A stretch of 63,514 nt of DNA, filler included, from Pseudovirgaria hyperparasitica (Eukaryota): NCBI GenBank assembly GCA_010093815.1. It is 6 parts of 6 records of this genome, joined end to end, with 100 filler letters (N's around TTAATTAATTAA, not from the genome) between each part and the next. Parts side by side here need not be neighbours in the genome. Positions count along the whole stretch, not along the records: positions 40,045 to 49,892 come from ML996626.1; positions 49,993 to 59,712 come from ML996627.1; 4 more parts are not named here. The stretch is one strand, 5' to 3'. Of the stretch, positions 47,110 through 59,000 are shown one piece after another (position 1 is the stretch's first letter; every line of letters starts with the position of its first letter). Under the pieces are notes generated by a model. The model ran no database searches. It was not told the origin of the DNA and saw nothing but the letters and a program-made list of their open reading frames with translations. Both the position numbers and the translations under genes were made by a program.

Positions 47110-49479
47110 TCACATAGCCCCATGAAGTTCTCTAATAGCCCTTCGCTTCTCACCCACAAATTTACATACTCCATTCACATCAGACTTGGACTTAATATCG
47201 CACAGTCGCTTTCTCTTCCGGTTTGGAGATAAAACACCCAGCACTGGCCGCATCGGTGGCAACTGCGCTCTCTCAAAATCGATGACCAACACCTGCTGGG
47301 TCTCGGCGCTCCACAGCAGGTTCCGCGGCATGGGATCCTTGTGCAATACTGCCAGATTGTGGATCGCTGTAAAGGCACACTCTGTCTGCTGTGATAGCAA
47401 GGCTCTATTTTTTGGGGTGATATACTTTGCAATGGGTCTACCACCATGACTCATGAACATTATGTGAACGAGCTCAGCAATGCCATCGTAATAGTATGGA
47501 CGTGGCAGGTCAATATTTCCAAGATGTACTGGCACAGACTGTCCCTGAATAGGGCGTAACCGCTCATACACATCAGCTTCGTGCCGAAGGTGTTGTACGA
47601 AACACGCAGGAGTCCCTTTCGCGGCAACAGTGTATCCATGCGACGACAAGCGGACGCGGAAGAGTACACCACGGGATCCATGCACTCGCAAACACTCCAC
47701 ATCGTGGTCCATATCGTTCGCTAGCTGTTCTTGCATGAGCTGGAGAAACGTGGCCCGATCGATCTGGTGCTTGAGCGTACCATGATCTTGAAAGTTCGGG
47801 CAGGCTCGGTCCAGAGGTCCGCCATCCAGCAAGCCTCGAAGACAGCCCTGTGTGCAGTACGATCTTTTCTGACCTTCTGCATCAGAGGCTGCAGCACGTC
47901 CAACGGACCGTTTCGTCGGGTTCTTCGTTTTCGTCTTTGGGTTTCGAGGCATAGGTCGCTGAGTCGATCGTGAAGGCGTGTCTGGGTCAGACTCGCTATC
48001 ACTACTGCTCCTTTCCTTGCGTGGGGAACAGTTCGGCGAAGGCTTCCGCCGTCGAAGTTGGATGGGTGTATCGCGAAAATATGGGATGTCCGACCGGGGT
48101 CTGTAATCGGATGTATCTCTTTCAGGAGTTGGAAGCTCTTCGAGCAACTCATTGTATTCAACCTGCCAAGTCTTCAGCTGAGCCAGGGCCCTGTCCCTCC
48201 ACTGTTGGGCCCGAGGTCTGCCACGCATCGCGAGAAGAGTGAACGCAAGCATTTGGCCCACGGCAGTCAGATGCAAGCGGTTGGTTTGATTCAGCCCGGG
48301 AGTCCATCCGGTATCCGGTCCCACATCCCCATTTGGTACTGAGAGAAAATAGTACACGGTGCGAGGATCTTCGCCAACACGCAAAAATATGTAGGCTTCA
48401 CCAGTACACACCACACCATACTCCAGTCCTGCTTTCACCATGTAGGAGAATGGCTGTGTGATGACAGCTGCAATCAGACGGCGATACTTTGTCTTCATAT
48501 CTTCGTCATCGCGCACCTGCACAATTGTGTCTATGTCCATCTCTTTTAAACCCTCGTAAATAGTACCGGGAGAAAGCTTGTGGGGGGCTTTGTATTCGAT
48601 GAGGAAGGCTGGGATGCGTTGAGGTGCGTCTTGCGAGTCATCCGACACACTGTAGACACAGAACTGGTCTGCACGAGGACGCGACGACTTGGTAGCATTG
48701 TCAGGTAGCGCGATAGTGGCAGATTCTGAGCGCTGCGCGATCTCGCGTTCCTGCAAACGTGGCGACCGTCGCCGGCCGCGTGATATGCTCAACTGCTGTA
48801 CACCATCCTGAATTGCGCTTTCGGGGCTCAGGGTGTTGCCATGATTTTCAAATCTGACAGAGCCCTTCAGTCCAAGTTTCTCGCGAAGTGCGGTATCGTC
48901 GAATAGCATGGTGATAACAGCAGAGACGGGGTCTTCGACAGTGGTACGTTGGAAGTAGTTAAGATCCATCTCCGAGCCCAGTAGCCTCTTGCTAACATTT
49001 TCGCCCGTCTCTTGCATATATTGTATCGATGAGAACTGCCGCCTAGTCACGAAATTAGACTCCATCAAGTCTGCCCAGATAGCTTCCTGCGGTTCCCCGA
49101 AGTCTTCCCAAGCGCGAATGTAATCGGGACGAGGTTTACGGTCCGCATTGCTCGGATCGCCTTGAGTAGACTGCGTAGCGTCGGTTTGGACAGTGAGACC
49201 AAGGGAGAGGTGATGGTGACAGTGGTGGAGGAATTCAGGCAGTGATGTTTTGCGGGTTTGTTCTTCGGCATCTCTACGAGCGTGTTCTGCTTCATTTCGA
49301 GCGCTCTCCGCATCTTCCCGTCGACGTTGTTCTTCCTTCTGAGCGTGTTCTGCCTCTTTCTGTACGCGTTGTGCCTCTTTCTGTGCGCGTTCTGCCTCCT
49401 CACGTCGGCGCTGCTCCTCTTCACGTCGAATTTTTTCCTCGTGATAAAGCTTCTCGTAATCGGTCGGCTGTTTCGACAT
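47110..49479 (-). CDS. Spok-family protein (coiled coil + PD-(D/E)XK nuclease + Cys cluster + kinase-like domain), ~789 aa, intronless
   Basis: Heptad coiled coil; TSLPEFLHHCH; RADQFCVY...IEYKAPHKL; QPFSYMVKAGLEYGVVCTGEAYIFL; YCTQGCLRGL...LDRACPN; HGSRGVLFRVRLSSHGYTVAAKG; LHKDPMPRNLLW...VIDFERA; NRKRKR. Start taken as MSKQ. Confidence 0.88.
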   Translation of the reverse strand: MSKQPTDYEKLYHEEKIRREEEQRRREEAERAQKEAQRVQKEAEHAQKEEQRRREDAESARNEAEHARRDAEEQTRKTSLPEFLHHCHHHLSLGLTVQTDATQSTQGDPSNADRKPRPDYIRAWEDFGEPQEAIWADLMESNFVTRRQFSSIQYMQETGENVSKRLLGSEMDLNYFQRTTVEDPVSAVITMLFDDTALREKLGLKGSVRFENHGNTLSPESAIQDGVQQLSISRGRRRSPRLQEREIAQRSESATIALPDNATKSSRPRADQFCVYSVSDDSQDAPQRIPAFLIEYKAPHKLSPGTIYEGLKEMDIDTIVQVRDDEDMKTKYRRLIAAVITQPFSYMVKAGLEYGVVCTGEAYIFLRVGEDPRTVYYFLSVPNGDVGPDTGWTPGLNQTNRLHLTAVGQMLAFTLLAMRGRPRAQQWRDRALAQLKTWQVEYNELLEELPTPERDTSDYRPRSDIPYFRDTPIQLRRRKPSPNCSPRKERSSSDSESDPDTPSRSTQRPMPRNPKTKTKNPTKRSVGRAAASDAEGQKRSYCTQGCLRGLLDGGPLDRACPNFQDHGTLKHQIDRATFLQLMQEQLANDMDHDVECLRVHGSRGVLFRVRLSSHGYTVAAKGTPACFVQHLRHEADVYERLRPIQGQSVPVHLGNIDLPRPYYYDGIAELVHIMFMSHGGRPIAKYITPKNRALLSQQTECAFTAIHNLAVLHKDPMPRNLLWSAETQQVLVIDFERAQLPPMRPVLGVLSPNRKRKRLCDIKSKSDVNGVCKFVGEKRRAIRELHGAM

Positions 49480-49743
49480 AGCGATAAAGGATGAACATAA
49501 AACGCACAAGCAGGGCGTGGTCTGCGTTCGAGAGAATCCAGGACATTAGTATCGTTACGTAATCAACCCTGACTAAGCTCTCCCCGTTAAAGATCACTAG
49601 AACCCAGAGAAGCAGTGAAAACACGACAACAGCGAGAACCGAAATTTTTGGAATTCAGTCGATCAAACGTACGCATATACCTTCTCATTAGGCTACTTGA
49701 CTTGCTGTGAGCCAGGCGCATCGCCCAGTGCGACCCGGACACC

Positions 49744-49892
49744 ATGGCAGCCGCGTGGCCTCAAGTGATGGTGTGGCCCACCGCGCTCCGCGAGCACGCA
49801 ACTCATCTCAGCAAGCACCTGCGAGACATCCTCCTCAACATCGAACGCTCGCAGGATCAACCAGTGCCCTCCGATCAGGTCAAAAATATCAT
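49744..49892 (+). mobile_element. Probable 5' start of a retroelement ORF1-like gene, truncated by gap
   Basis: MAAAWPQVMVWPTALREHATHLS... resembles N-termini of fungal non-LTR gag-like proteins (from memory only). The contig breaks here, as expected for a repeat. Confidence 0.4.
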
Positions 49893-50441
49893 NNNNNNNN
49901 NNNNNNNNNNNNNNNNNNNNNNNNNNNNNNNNNNNNTTAATTAATTAANNNNNNNNNNNNNNNNNNNNNNNNNNNNNNNNNNNNNNNNNNNNGCCACCAG
50001 TGTGGAGATATCAGCGCGCTACTGAAATTCCGTGCTACGTCGGCGCGAGGATAGAAGGTACCCTTGTACGGTACTCGAGTCTCGGACAGGATAGAGTCTC
50101 AGGTATACTTTGCTTTTGTGGGACCATATCTTCATGTTACTATAGTACACAATAGCATCTCTCGTATTCACGACCCCGCGGTCTGTTGGTAGTCTGCCCT
50201 TGAACTTATTCTTTTTAGTCCGGTTTATCTTCTACTTCAGGCCCCCAACCAGCCTTCTCAGCCTCGATTTAACAATGTAGTACGTGAGACCACTATACCT
50301 CTGGTATAGGGAACTACTCCAAATCCTCTGGTGTCGGTGCGCTGAAGCAAATGCAACCTAATGACGAAATGTCATAACTAATCATACACGAATTGCAAGC
50401 GGCCTGCTCAATTCAAAGCTTAGGCAGAGTAGTGTATCCTA

Positions 50442-51300
50442 TTAACGTGATCCCTCTAAAAGACTTGAGTACTCAACCTGCTTTGCATGTGGGCGTGGCC
50501 CATACCCTTCGCTGGCCGGTGGCCTTTGCTGTGGTGCTGGATATACTGACGAGTAACCTTGTATGACTGGTGGCGGCGGTTGAGCAGCAAGGTCGTTCCG
50601 CCGTATCTGAGGATTAGAATAGTAGGCTGCTGCCGCACTGAGTGGTGGAGCGTGCGGTGAAGTGGACGCAGCCTCTGGTCCAGCCGTGGCTGCAGCGTTC
50701 AATTGGAACACTGGCTGGTTGGCCCGCTGTGCGATCTCGTCAGGCCCCAATGTCCAGTGCATTGCTTCAGCAGAGCGCCACGGAACACCCATCTCCGATG
50801 CAACCTTCTGCCACATTGCTTCTTTGAAGCTAAGACGCGTTAGAGTCGATATAATCAGATAGAGTGGGCATGCTTACCGGACGTAGAGTCGCGCGAGCTT
50901 ATTTTTCTTCTCCTCGTCCCAGTGTGCGCGCTTCTCGAGGTAGTTCTGATAGCGAAGTCGACATGAGATGGCACTCCGTCCGGGAATCCTCTTGGAAATG
51001 TCCTCCCACTTCATACCTTCGCCCCTTAACAAGACAATGAGCTCATCTTCCTGCTGGGTCCACTTTGTGCCATTCTTCTGCGGCGATTCATCGACTAGTG
51101 GCGTTTGTGATGCTGTGCGCTTGATGGAGAGGCTTCGTAGAGGTGGAGAAGGCAATCCAGAGTGACCTGAGTTGTAGTGAGGCGGACCGTTATGATGGGC
51201 ACCGAAAGATAGGGGTTGAAAGGCGTTGTTATGGTGAAGCTTTTTAGGTTGTTGCAGCGGCTGAATAGATAGAGAATGTGGAAAAGGTTGCAGATTTGAT
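50442..51300 (-). CDS. Myb/SANT-domain transcription factor (2 exons; start codon unclear, possibly pseudogene)
   Basis: KWTQQEDELIVLLRGEGMKWEDISKRIPGRSAISCRLRYQNYL; intron 50877-50830; then FKEAMWQKVASEMGVPWRSAEAMHW. Confidence 0.8.
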
Positions 51301-54300
51301 ATATGCAGGAGCTGGTACGTAGGAAGTCGACGTCGAAGTCGGCCCAAGTCTGCTTACGCCGGCCGCGGAGCTCGTCGAAGAGGTGGTATGCTTATTGGCA
51401 GCAGGCTAAGACGCAGAGTCTCGCGACTCGAGAAGGAGTGAGATATCCACGTTTGCAGAAAGAGTGAGCTAGCGGAGTCTTCCCCAGCTCTAGCAAATAT
51501 ATGTCTTTAAAAGTCTCAGGCGCGGGTGAAAGGAGTCGCAGTGTAGTAGTGTGATAGCTGCAAAGATGAGAGGTTCTTTCACCAGGAACAAAAGTTGAGG
51601 AGTGAAAAGTGAAAAGTGAAAAAAATTCAAGTCGTGTGTTAGAAACTAGCAGCTCTGATCTGGAGCTTCAAGCCGCATCATTTCTTGGAAGTAGTGTCGT
51701 AGATATATCATCTGAATCTAATTCAATACGGATAATCGTAAGCCATCGGTCTGTTGCTGCGCCGCAGCCACAAACTTTGCAGGAACTTGGAGATCTGCCG
51801 CTCTCACGTAACTCGTGGCCGATCAAGAACGCAACCCATGGCACAGAAGCCCCGCGTTACAGAGATCTGGTAAAACAAGCTGAGCATGAAGCCGCCGAGT
51901 TCGCTCTGAAATATCTTGAATATAGCCTGTCAAACAACTCGGAGGTGTGGGCCATGGCAAGTGAGGGTAGAAATAGGTGCTTAGTAGCTACCCGTCCCAC
52001 GCACTTCGGAGTTGGTTACTTAGAGCAATTGGAACGAGATTGGACCGTAGTGTGACGGATTCGATGAAGCTTGGCCCGAAAAACCATGTCTGTCTATTTG
52101 CGCGCACATAGCTGCCGTACAACGTCTGCAAGACTGCCCTGAGTGACTTCTGCCGTGTTAGAATGCATAATCTCAGAGCCGTAGCCGAAGCTCAGGATTT
52201 AACTTTTTGGACAGGAACTCTTTCAGCCAGAGCACCCAGAACCCGATTATCAGAACCGCAATGACTGACGAACCAATATATCAATGTGCTTCGCCCAGGG
52301 AGTGCGCAAGTCAGCGCCTACGAAAAATTCTGGTTCTATGGAGAAGGTCTTCAGAAGGGAGCTCCGATGCTCCAAGTGGATGACGGCACGTCCTCTATCA
52401 CACTTGATGACCTAGCTCGTATCGTGAGTTACTGTGCCAACCTGGTTAGTAGCTGTGGTCCCGGGTCACGGAGGATCGGGGAAGGCATGCTGACACGCTG
52501 AGATGCATTGATGCCATCTGCAACATTATTCTCATCTGTATTATTATGATATCCAACCCTTTCCAAAAATCATCGCCATGGGTGCGGTCGAACAAAATGA
52601 GGCCATGGGATCGCAGCGCATGCTTGTATTTATTCGGACCGATCGGATTACAGAGCTCGTCCTCCTTCAGCCGCTCTTGGCAACACTCTGTTGCCAAGAG
52701 AGGCTTTACAAACAAGGGAACCGGAAGGAGTGTCTTTGTCACCAGCACTCCGATTATTTTCAAGCCCCCAAAGCCCTCGTGATCCGCACCATATGCCAAA
52801 ACGATCGGGATGTCAGAACTATCAAGCAAAGGACGCCTATCGGCGAAAGACTCACCATCACCCCTGGCTTGCGAGGAGCTGATCGAGGTGGATGGCGACC
52901 TGAGAACCATCCTTCAAGAAGGAGCCAGCGAGGCAATGGGAGGGATCTCCGTTTACACGAGCCAATCCTCGAAATTCGACAGCGAGACAATCCAGAGGTG
53001 CCGCAGCAAAGTTGCAGAAGAGCTGAATCGACGACAAGGCCCAAGCACCCTACCCAGAGAGTATCGTATCTGCGAGCTGTTCGAATCTCATCTACAGACA
53101 ATCCGAATTTACAAAATAATACAGATAGAGAAGCTTACGGAAAGTGGCGTATCGCCAAAAACCCCCCCCAGGTATCCAGGAGCGCGAAATAATTACCACT
53201 TCTATCGCCGCGCCCAATCAGCCAACCTCTTGTTTACATCGAGACTTGTTTCAGATGATCCTAGAACATGTCCAGCAACAAGGGGTGCGCACGTACGGGT
53301 CGGCCGCCATGCAGGAGTGACTTACATTATTATAATTGCCGCCGCAAAGTCCTTGCGCGCCACACCACTACCTACTACAACCACCTACTTTTATATGGAA
53401 GTGGCGCATAGTGACTTTATTAAATTATATAAGTTTGCTTTCAAGATTAGTAGCAGTGGGATATTCTACTTAATAAAGAAGATAATAAGAACGCTGTCGT
53501 CTCTTTACGGCTCCTCTATCTTCCCTTTCTTTATATATAATTAGGTTGTCCTGAGCACGAAGAGTGGTAGGATGTTTTTCGCCAAGAGTTATTCTCTTCT
53601 AGTACCTCGCTAGACACTCTTCTCCGATACCCCAGCCAGGTCGTAAGTATGCCAGATACTCCTTGGAAGTAATCTTACTTTCGATCTTTACTTCCTTTCC
53701 TACGTACTCATCGATAAGAGTTCCGGGCGGTATTGTGCGGGCAGCGTTTAAGGATATCCGCCCTTTCGGATTCCGAGCTATAAAGTATAGCTCCGATGAA
53801 GATTGCCAAGGGTAGTCGAGAACGTGGAAAGGTGAAACCCTTTTGCGTTGATACCTTTTACGTCCAAGATAAGTGCACTTCTTTTGAATTTTAAGGCATG
53901 CTGCACATTGCGGTTGCTCTCGACTGCACTTCTGTTTTCGAGCGCTATGACTTAGTTACCACCCTACTTCGCATAGCCGAACTTCACTCACCGGTCAATG
54001 CTCGACCAAAGCTCTCATGGCCATCAGAATTGGCAAGCGCCGCTGCGCAGCCTTTTGGACGGCTTGTCGGATAGCATCACTGGTCCGTATGGTATATGGT
54101 AGAACGCATCGTCATGAGGACAATTTTATACCTATGAGGCTTGCAGACGTCTTTAGTCTACTGGAAAAAAAGATGTAAGAAGTTGTTGTTGAATAGCAGT
54201 CATGGCGAAAGCATCAAAGGACTTCCACCAATGACTGCACAACGAAATGGAGTTCCAGCCCTGATCACCCACTGAGTACTACAGCGTGTCTATGTCCAGT

Positions 54301-57300
54301 ATGAAGTGAGATCTCCGTGGGCCTAAGGTTCTTGCCACCTGATATGGGACGATCGTGAGCTCAGTCGTTGGAGACTCAGAAAAATTGACGCACTATTGGC
54401 CGCTCGCATATACGGCAGCGTACCTATCAGCCGTCACGATATGGTATCCACTCCACCTTCCTCTGATGAGACTCGATTTCAGTGCTGCCGGTGAAGCATA
54501 GCCAACTGACAAGCCTGGTCGACCCTTGCCATTTGAAAACGGACTAAGGTCCAGAGTGTCGTTTCTGCGTCCCCTGAACACGGGGGTCGTGAAACGCTTT
54601 CCAGCTGGTGGACGGAGTCGACCCCCTCGAGGTCGGCACCAGCCTTGGCCGCAAAGCCCCCCAGCATCGTAAAACTACTCATTCTCCCTTCGTTATGAAG
54701 CTCCTCACAGCACGTGAAATTGTCCTACATTATTACCCTCATGTCTCCATCTAATCATGAGAAGCAACCAAAACCACAAATCGACAGTACGGTCTCAGGG
54801 GCGTTAGGCCGTCTGATGGCAAAGGGGACTTGGACCTACAAGCAAACTGATGTCGGTCAGCAAGCAGGTACATGGTGATGTCTGTCCACTCATCTGTGGT
54901 GATGATGGTGTGATGTTTCTCATGCTCAAATACCATCGAATTTGACCATGGCCTGCATCTCCAAACGAATGCGAGTGTTCAGCTATGCCCGTCAAATTTT
55001 CAATTATGGTCATGGTACGTACGCCTTTGGAAAACGAACCGTAAAGTGCTGCCCTCGCTATTCATGATTAGAAGTACCAAACAGATAAGCAATATTCTTG
55101 ACGCTTCACAGCTTCGCGACCGTCCCGACATCTACCAGATATTCCATCATAAAGAGGCTTCATACATTGTTCTGGAGGACATGGTAAGCCACAACGGCCT
55201 TGCAAACCCCTCAACTAAGTACATCTAACTGTTTCTTTCCCAATGCAATCATTCACCAGAACGTGTCTGCCGTAATGAGACTCGCCGCTTGCTTTCTCTC
55301 TCGGACACATATACTTAGTAATCGCAAGCATTGAGTGGAGCCAGTACCATCAATGATTCATCCTCATAGCACACCAGAATCTAAATCTATAGAATAGATT
55401 AAGAGGGCTCAATGATTGAAAGGTGCATTATTGGTCAATGTTTGTGAGACTGTGGGTCTTCCTCCACCATCCCTGACAGCGTGACGCAGTATACTGGCGG
55501 CTGGTGTGCGACAAAGCGGCATGGGTCGCTTCATTCATGCATTGCTCTGGCGGGCCTCCCGAAAGTCATGACGAGTCAGAATAGGAGATATGTGATGTGG
55601 GCGCGTGCCGGGGCTGCAGTACATACACTGCAGTGATACTGATCTACCATGCACGTTTGAACGACCCAGGAGCACCTAACCGCCATTCCGAGGCCATCAA
55701 GAAACAACGACTTGAAGAATCTCAAAGAATCCTATCAGAATCGCCTTCTTCGTCCAAGGGTCAAGCCGTCCAAGCACTTGCTGCTCTCTTTTCGTATCCA
55801 GTTCTCGGCGCAGAATAGATTTGCCCACACGACACCATAACATTGCTCCTTATGCTTGTTGTTGATGGAATACCTGCCGAATCGAAGGTTTGGCCTAGTG
55901 AAGTCCAATTGGGACAGTTGAATGACCCCTACTATGAACACCTACGAAGTGGAGCAGAATCCTGCAGAGCGAAGGAAAGTGCAGTACGAGATTCAGAAAG
56001 CAAATGTCTATGCGAGCCATCTGAGCACGCGATCCTACATTGTCGAAAAATATCTCAACATGCGCGATGCTAGCGAGTAGATGCAGCAGAAGCAGAATAA
56101 CCTGAAAGACAGGAACCGTTACGGTGTAAGACCGGAAATTAAGAATTATCTCGGCAATCGGCCTGGGGCGAGGCTCGCAAGTGCTGGTGTGAACCGCAAA
56201 GCAGGAGTGGCGAGCACGACATACGATAATACTTGTGTTATAATTCAATCACCTGCTCTTGCCGGCCCAGCGTTGAGGGCTTGGACGTGCGGCTACTCCG
56301 TGTGTAGGCCATGGATAGCTCTTCCCAGATGCTACTGCCCTTCGTTCGATATCGGTGCATTTACCGCTCCTTAGCTTCATCACGGTATACAGTTCGTATA
56401 CAGTAGTGGCATAGTGTGAGACTACTTTCTGTTCGGGTTTAGAGGCTCGTCAGGTCATCACTACAGCGTGTCTATGTCCGGTATCAAGTAAGAGTCAACC
56501 TTGCCCTGGCAGCGGCCATGTATTGATAGTTCCATAAGGTAGCACTTACAGGCCATTGCTACCGCGCAAGCCGCTCTTGGCAACAAAGTGTTGCCAAGAG
56601 CGGCTTTACAAACAAGGGAACCGGAGGGAGTGTCTGACTGATCAGATAATGATGCCTCATGAGGCTCATACGAAGCACTTCTAGGTAGCCTTGCGCCTGA
56701 AGATGAAGGTTATAAAAGTAGAAATATGCAAATAAGGCAACTATGGTTAGTTGAAATTGGCGAGAATCTGATACGTAATGGACTCTTCTTCTAGGGCTTC
56801 CTCTTACTGTACTCCTCTTCCATTCCGCACCTGGCCCTGCGCTCATCGCCTTTTAGCTGTCACTGGGGTAAGAAATGGTCTAATCAGAGAATTTGACAGC
56901 CGCATGACTCCCGAAAGATGCGTAGCAGATTTACGAGGGAAATATTTGTTAGCTCTCTGCCGCAATGCATTCGTCTGCAACCAAATTAGCGCCCCTGGTC
57001 GTCCCTCACTCGAAAGCTGGACACGAGGGCACGGTACTCTGCCACACTACCCAGCAATCACTGTATTTGAAGAAGACATAGACAAAGAGGACAGGTTCAA
57101 TATTATTTTTGATCAAGAAAATCCAAAAGCCAAAGGCAAATCTTTCCGTCAAGCTCTCGTCTCTGTGTGCTCTCTAATTTCGCGGCCTCGGCTCTCTTCG
57201 CCGTCGGCTCCCTTCTCGAGTGAGTCTGCATCCGGTCTGCCTGGGAGAAGGAGATGAAGGAGAAGACCGGGACTCGTATTACATAAAGCCTCCTGTAGTC

Positions 57301-57340
57301 CTCGTCATGAGCGGTGGAGTCTTATTATGTAATCTTCGAA

Positions 57341-59000
57341 TTATAGAAAAGACAGCAAAAATCTTGCTGTAATGCGGCTTGTGTATTGTCGCCAGTTGTG
57401 CATGGAAACGGCCACGCGTGTCCGCTCTTCAAGAAAATTCCCTGGAGAAATTAGCAAAGATCCAGTGACCAAGGGGGGAATGAAATTTGTACTTTTGTCT
57501 TGGATGAGCGAACTTAGTTTCTGGAGGCATGTGATCATTCCCGGTTGAGTGATCTTCGCGCTCCAGTCATTTTTACAATCTTTGATCGGATTACAGCTGC
57601 GAGCATACTTCTTTTGGAAGAGCTCTATGATAATGTCGAAGCATCCGTCAATTCTTCGGACAGCTTCATTTGCGCTTTCCTCTGCGAAGCTCATCTCACA
57701 ATCTCCTTGGCCCACTCTACTATCCAGAATACTGTTAACATTCTTCAGGATGCCTTCGGTAGCAATGGCTAAACCAAGAACTATAATGAACGCATCGGTC
57801 CATTCATCGTAGCCTCTACTACCCTCCAGCATGTTTTGCAAACGTCCTAGTAGCATCTTCATCATTTCTCTCTGTAATCGTGCGTAGAAATGTTTGATTT
57901 GTCGGTTCGCCAGACGCGGCGAAGTCTTGTCGCCGTAGTCATCTGGTCCATAGTTTGATAGCTTTGAGAGGATTTCAACTTTGTGTTCTTCAGGTATGGT
58001 CAAAGTGTGTGAAACAATATAGGTGGTCATTATGAGATAGTAAACCTCCGTCAGTAATTTCTCCTTCATGTTATTAGCAACCTGTCCAACGACCTCGTCA
58101 CGGGCATGTGCGCTCATACCTGTTCGGTTCCCTGAGCAGGGTCGATGTTGACTAGACACTCGAACATCTGTTTCGCGAATTCTTCCTTTTCACCCGCATA
58201 GTAACGACCGACAAAGATGGGCATGAAATGAGTAGCGATCTGTTTGACATGAGTGTCATATTTGGTCACATCCTCGATATAATCAATGTTCTGTAGCCCA
58301 AGTGGAGGCGAAGCCTTTTCTACACGCATGTTTTGGCCCGTTTTTGCGTCCTTGAGGTGTTGGAATTGCCGTAACAATTCTGGATTACTCGGCTTGAATT
58401 CATAGACGTCAACTTCAAGCCAGGGCAAGCCCCATCCTGGCGTCAATTGGATCTTGATCATAGACTTTCCCCAATCATGAACATTCGCTTCGCACAGTTC
58501 GATTAACGTGTCTTTGCTGTGGAGGTCGGAAATCAAGGCTATAATCTGTTAGCACTGTTCAATACTCATGTTCGGAACATACTTGGTAGGAGAAAAATCA
58601 TAAGATCAGGAAGTGTATCACGACAGCAGCCTAGTTTCCAATCATCACCTGGATTTTGTGATCTATTTACGCAACGGCGACAGATTTCGCCTGGGTCGCA
58701 CTAGAATGGTCAGTCGAGCTATGGCTCTAGAAGAGTGGACTGCTCCTACTTCATCTGTCTGAATCATGCAGGGCCAACAGACAGGTGCTTTCTGGTCTGT
58801 AACGAAATTATCCTTCGAGGCGGAGCTAGCTCTAGATCGAGCATGCTATCGTCAAGGCTATCGCTCAGAGGCGTCATGACAGGGTCTTCATACTCCTCAA
58901 GCACTGGGGATACATTTCTAGGAGGAATCCCTCGTGCCTGAGGATCGTGTGATTGTCCAGCGGCAGCGCACTGTGTAGTTGGTAATTTCTTGATAGCCAT
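57341..59000 (-). CDS. Zn(II)2Cys6 transcription-factor-like gene, multi-exon
   Basis: VCWPCMIQTDE|intron|CDPGEICRRC...GCCR at ~58620-58785. Downstream exons 58114-58536 and 57341-58159. 5' part may be frameshifted. Confidence 0.72.

Noticed and set aside
21491..49479. Treating the PD-(D/E)XK cassette, Est1-like gene and Spok-like gene as one cluster
   Set aside because: They lie on different contigs separated by artificial linkers; physical linkage is unknown.
51609..56374. Numerous 60-244 aa ORFs
   Set aside because: Overlapping, no recognisable motifs or consistent gene structure; cannot be supported as genes by eye.
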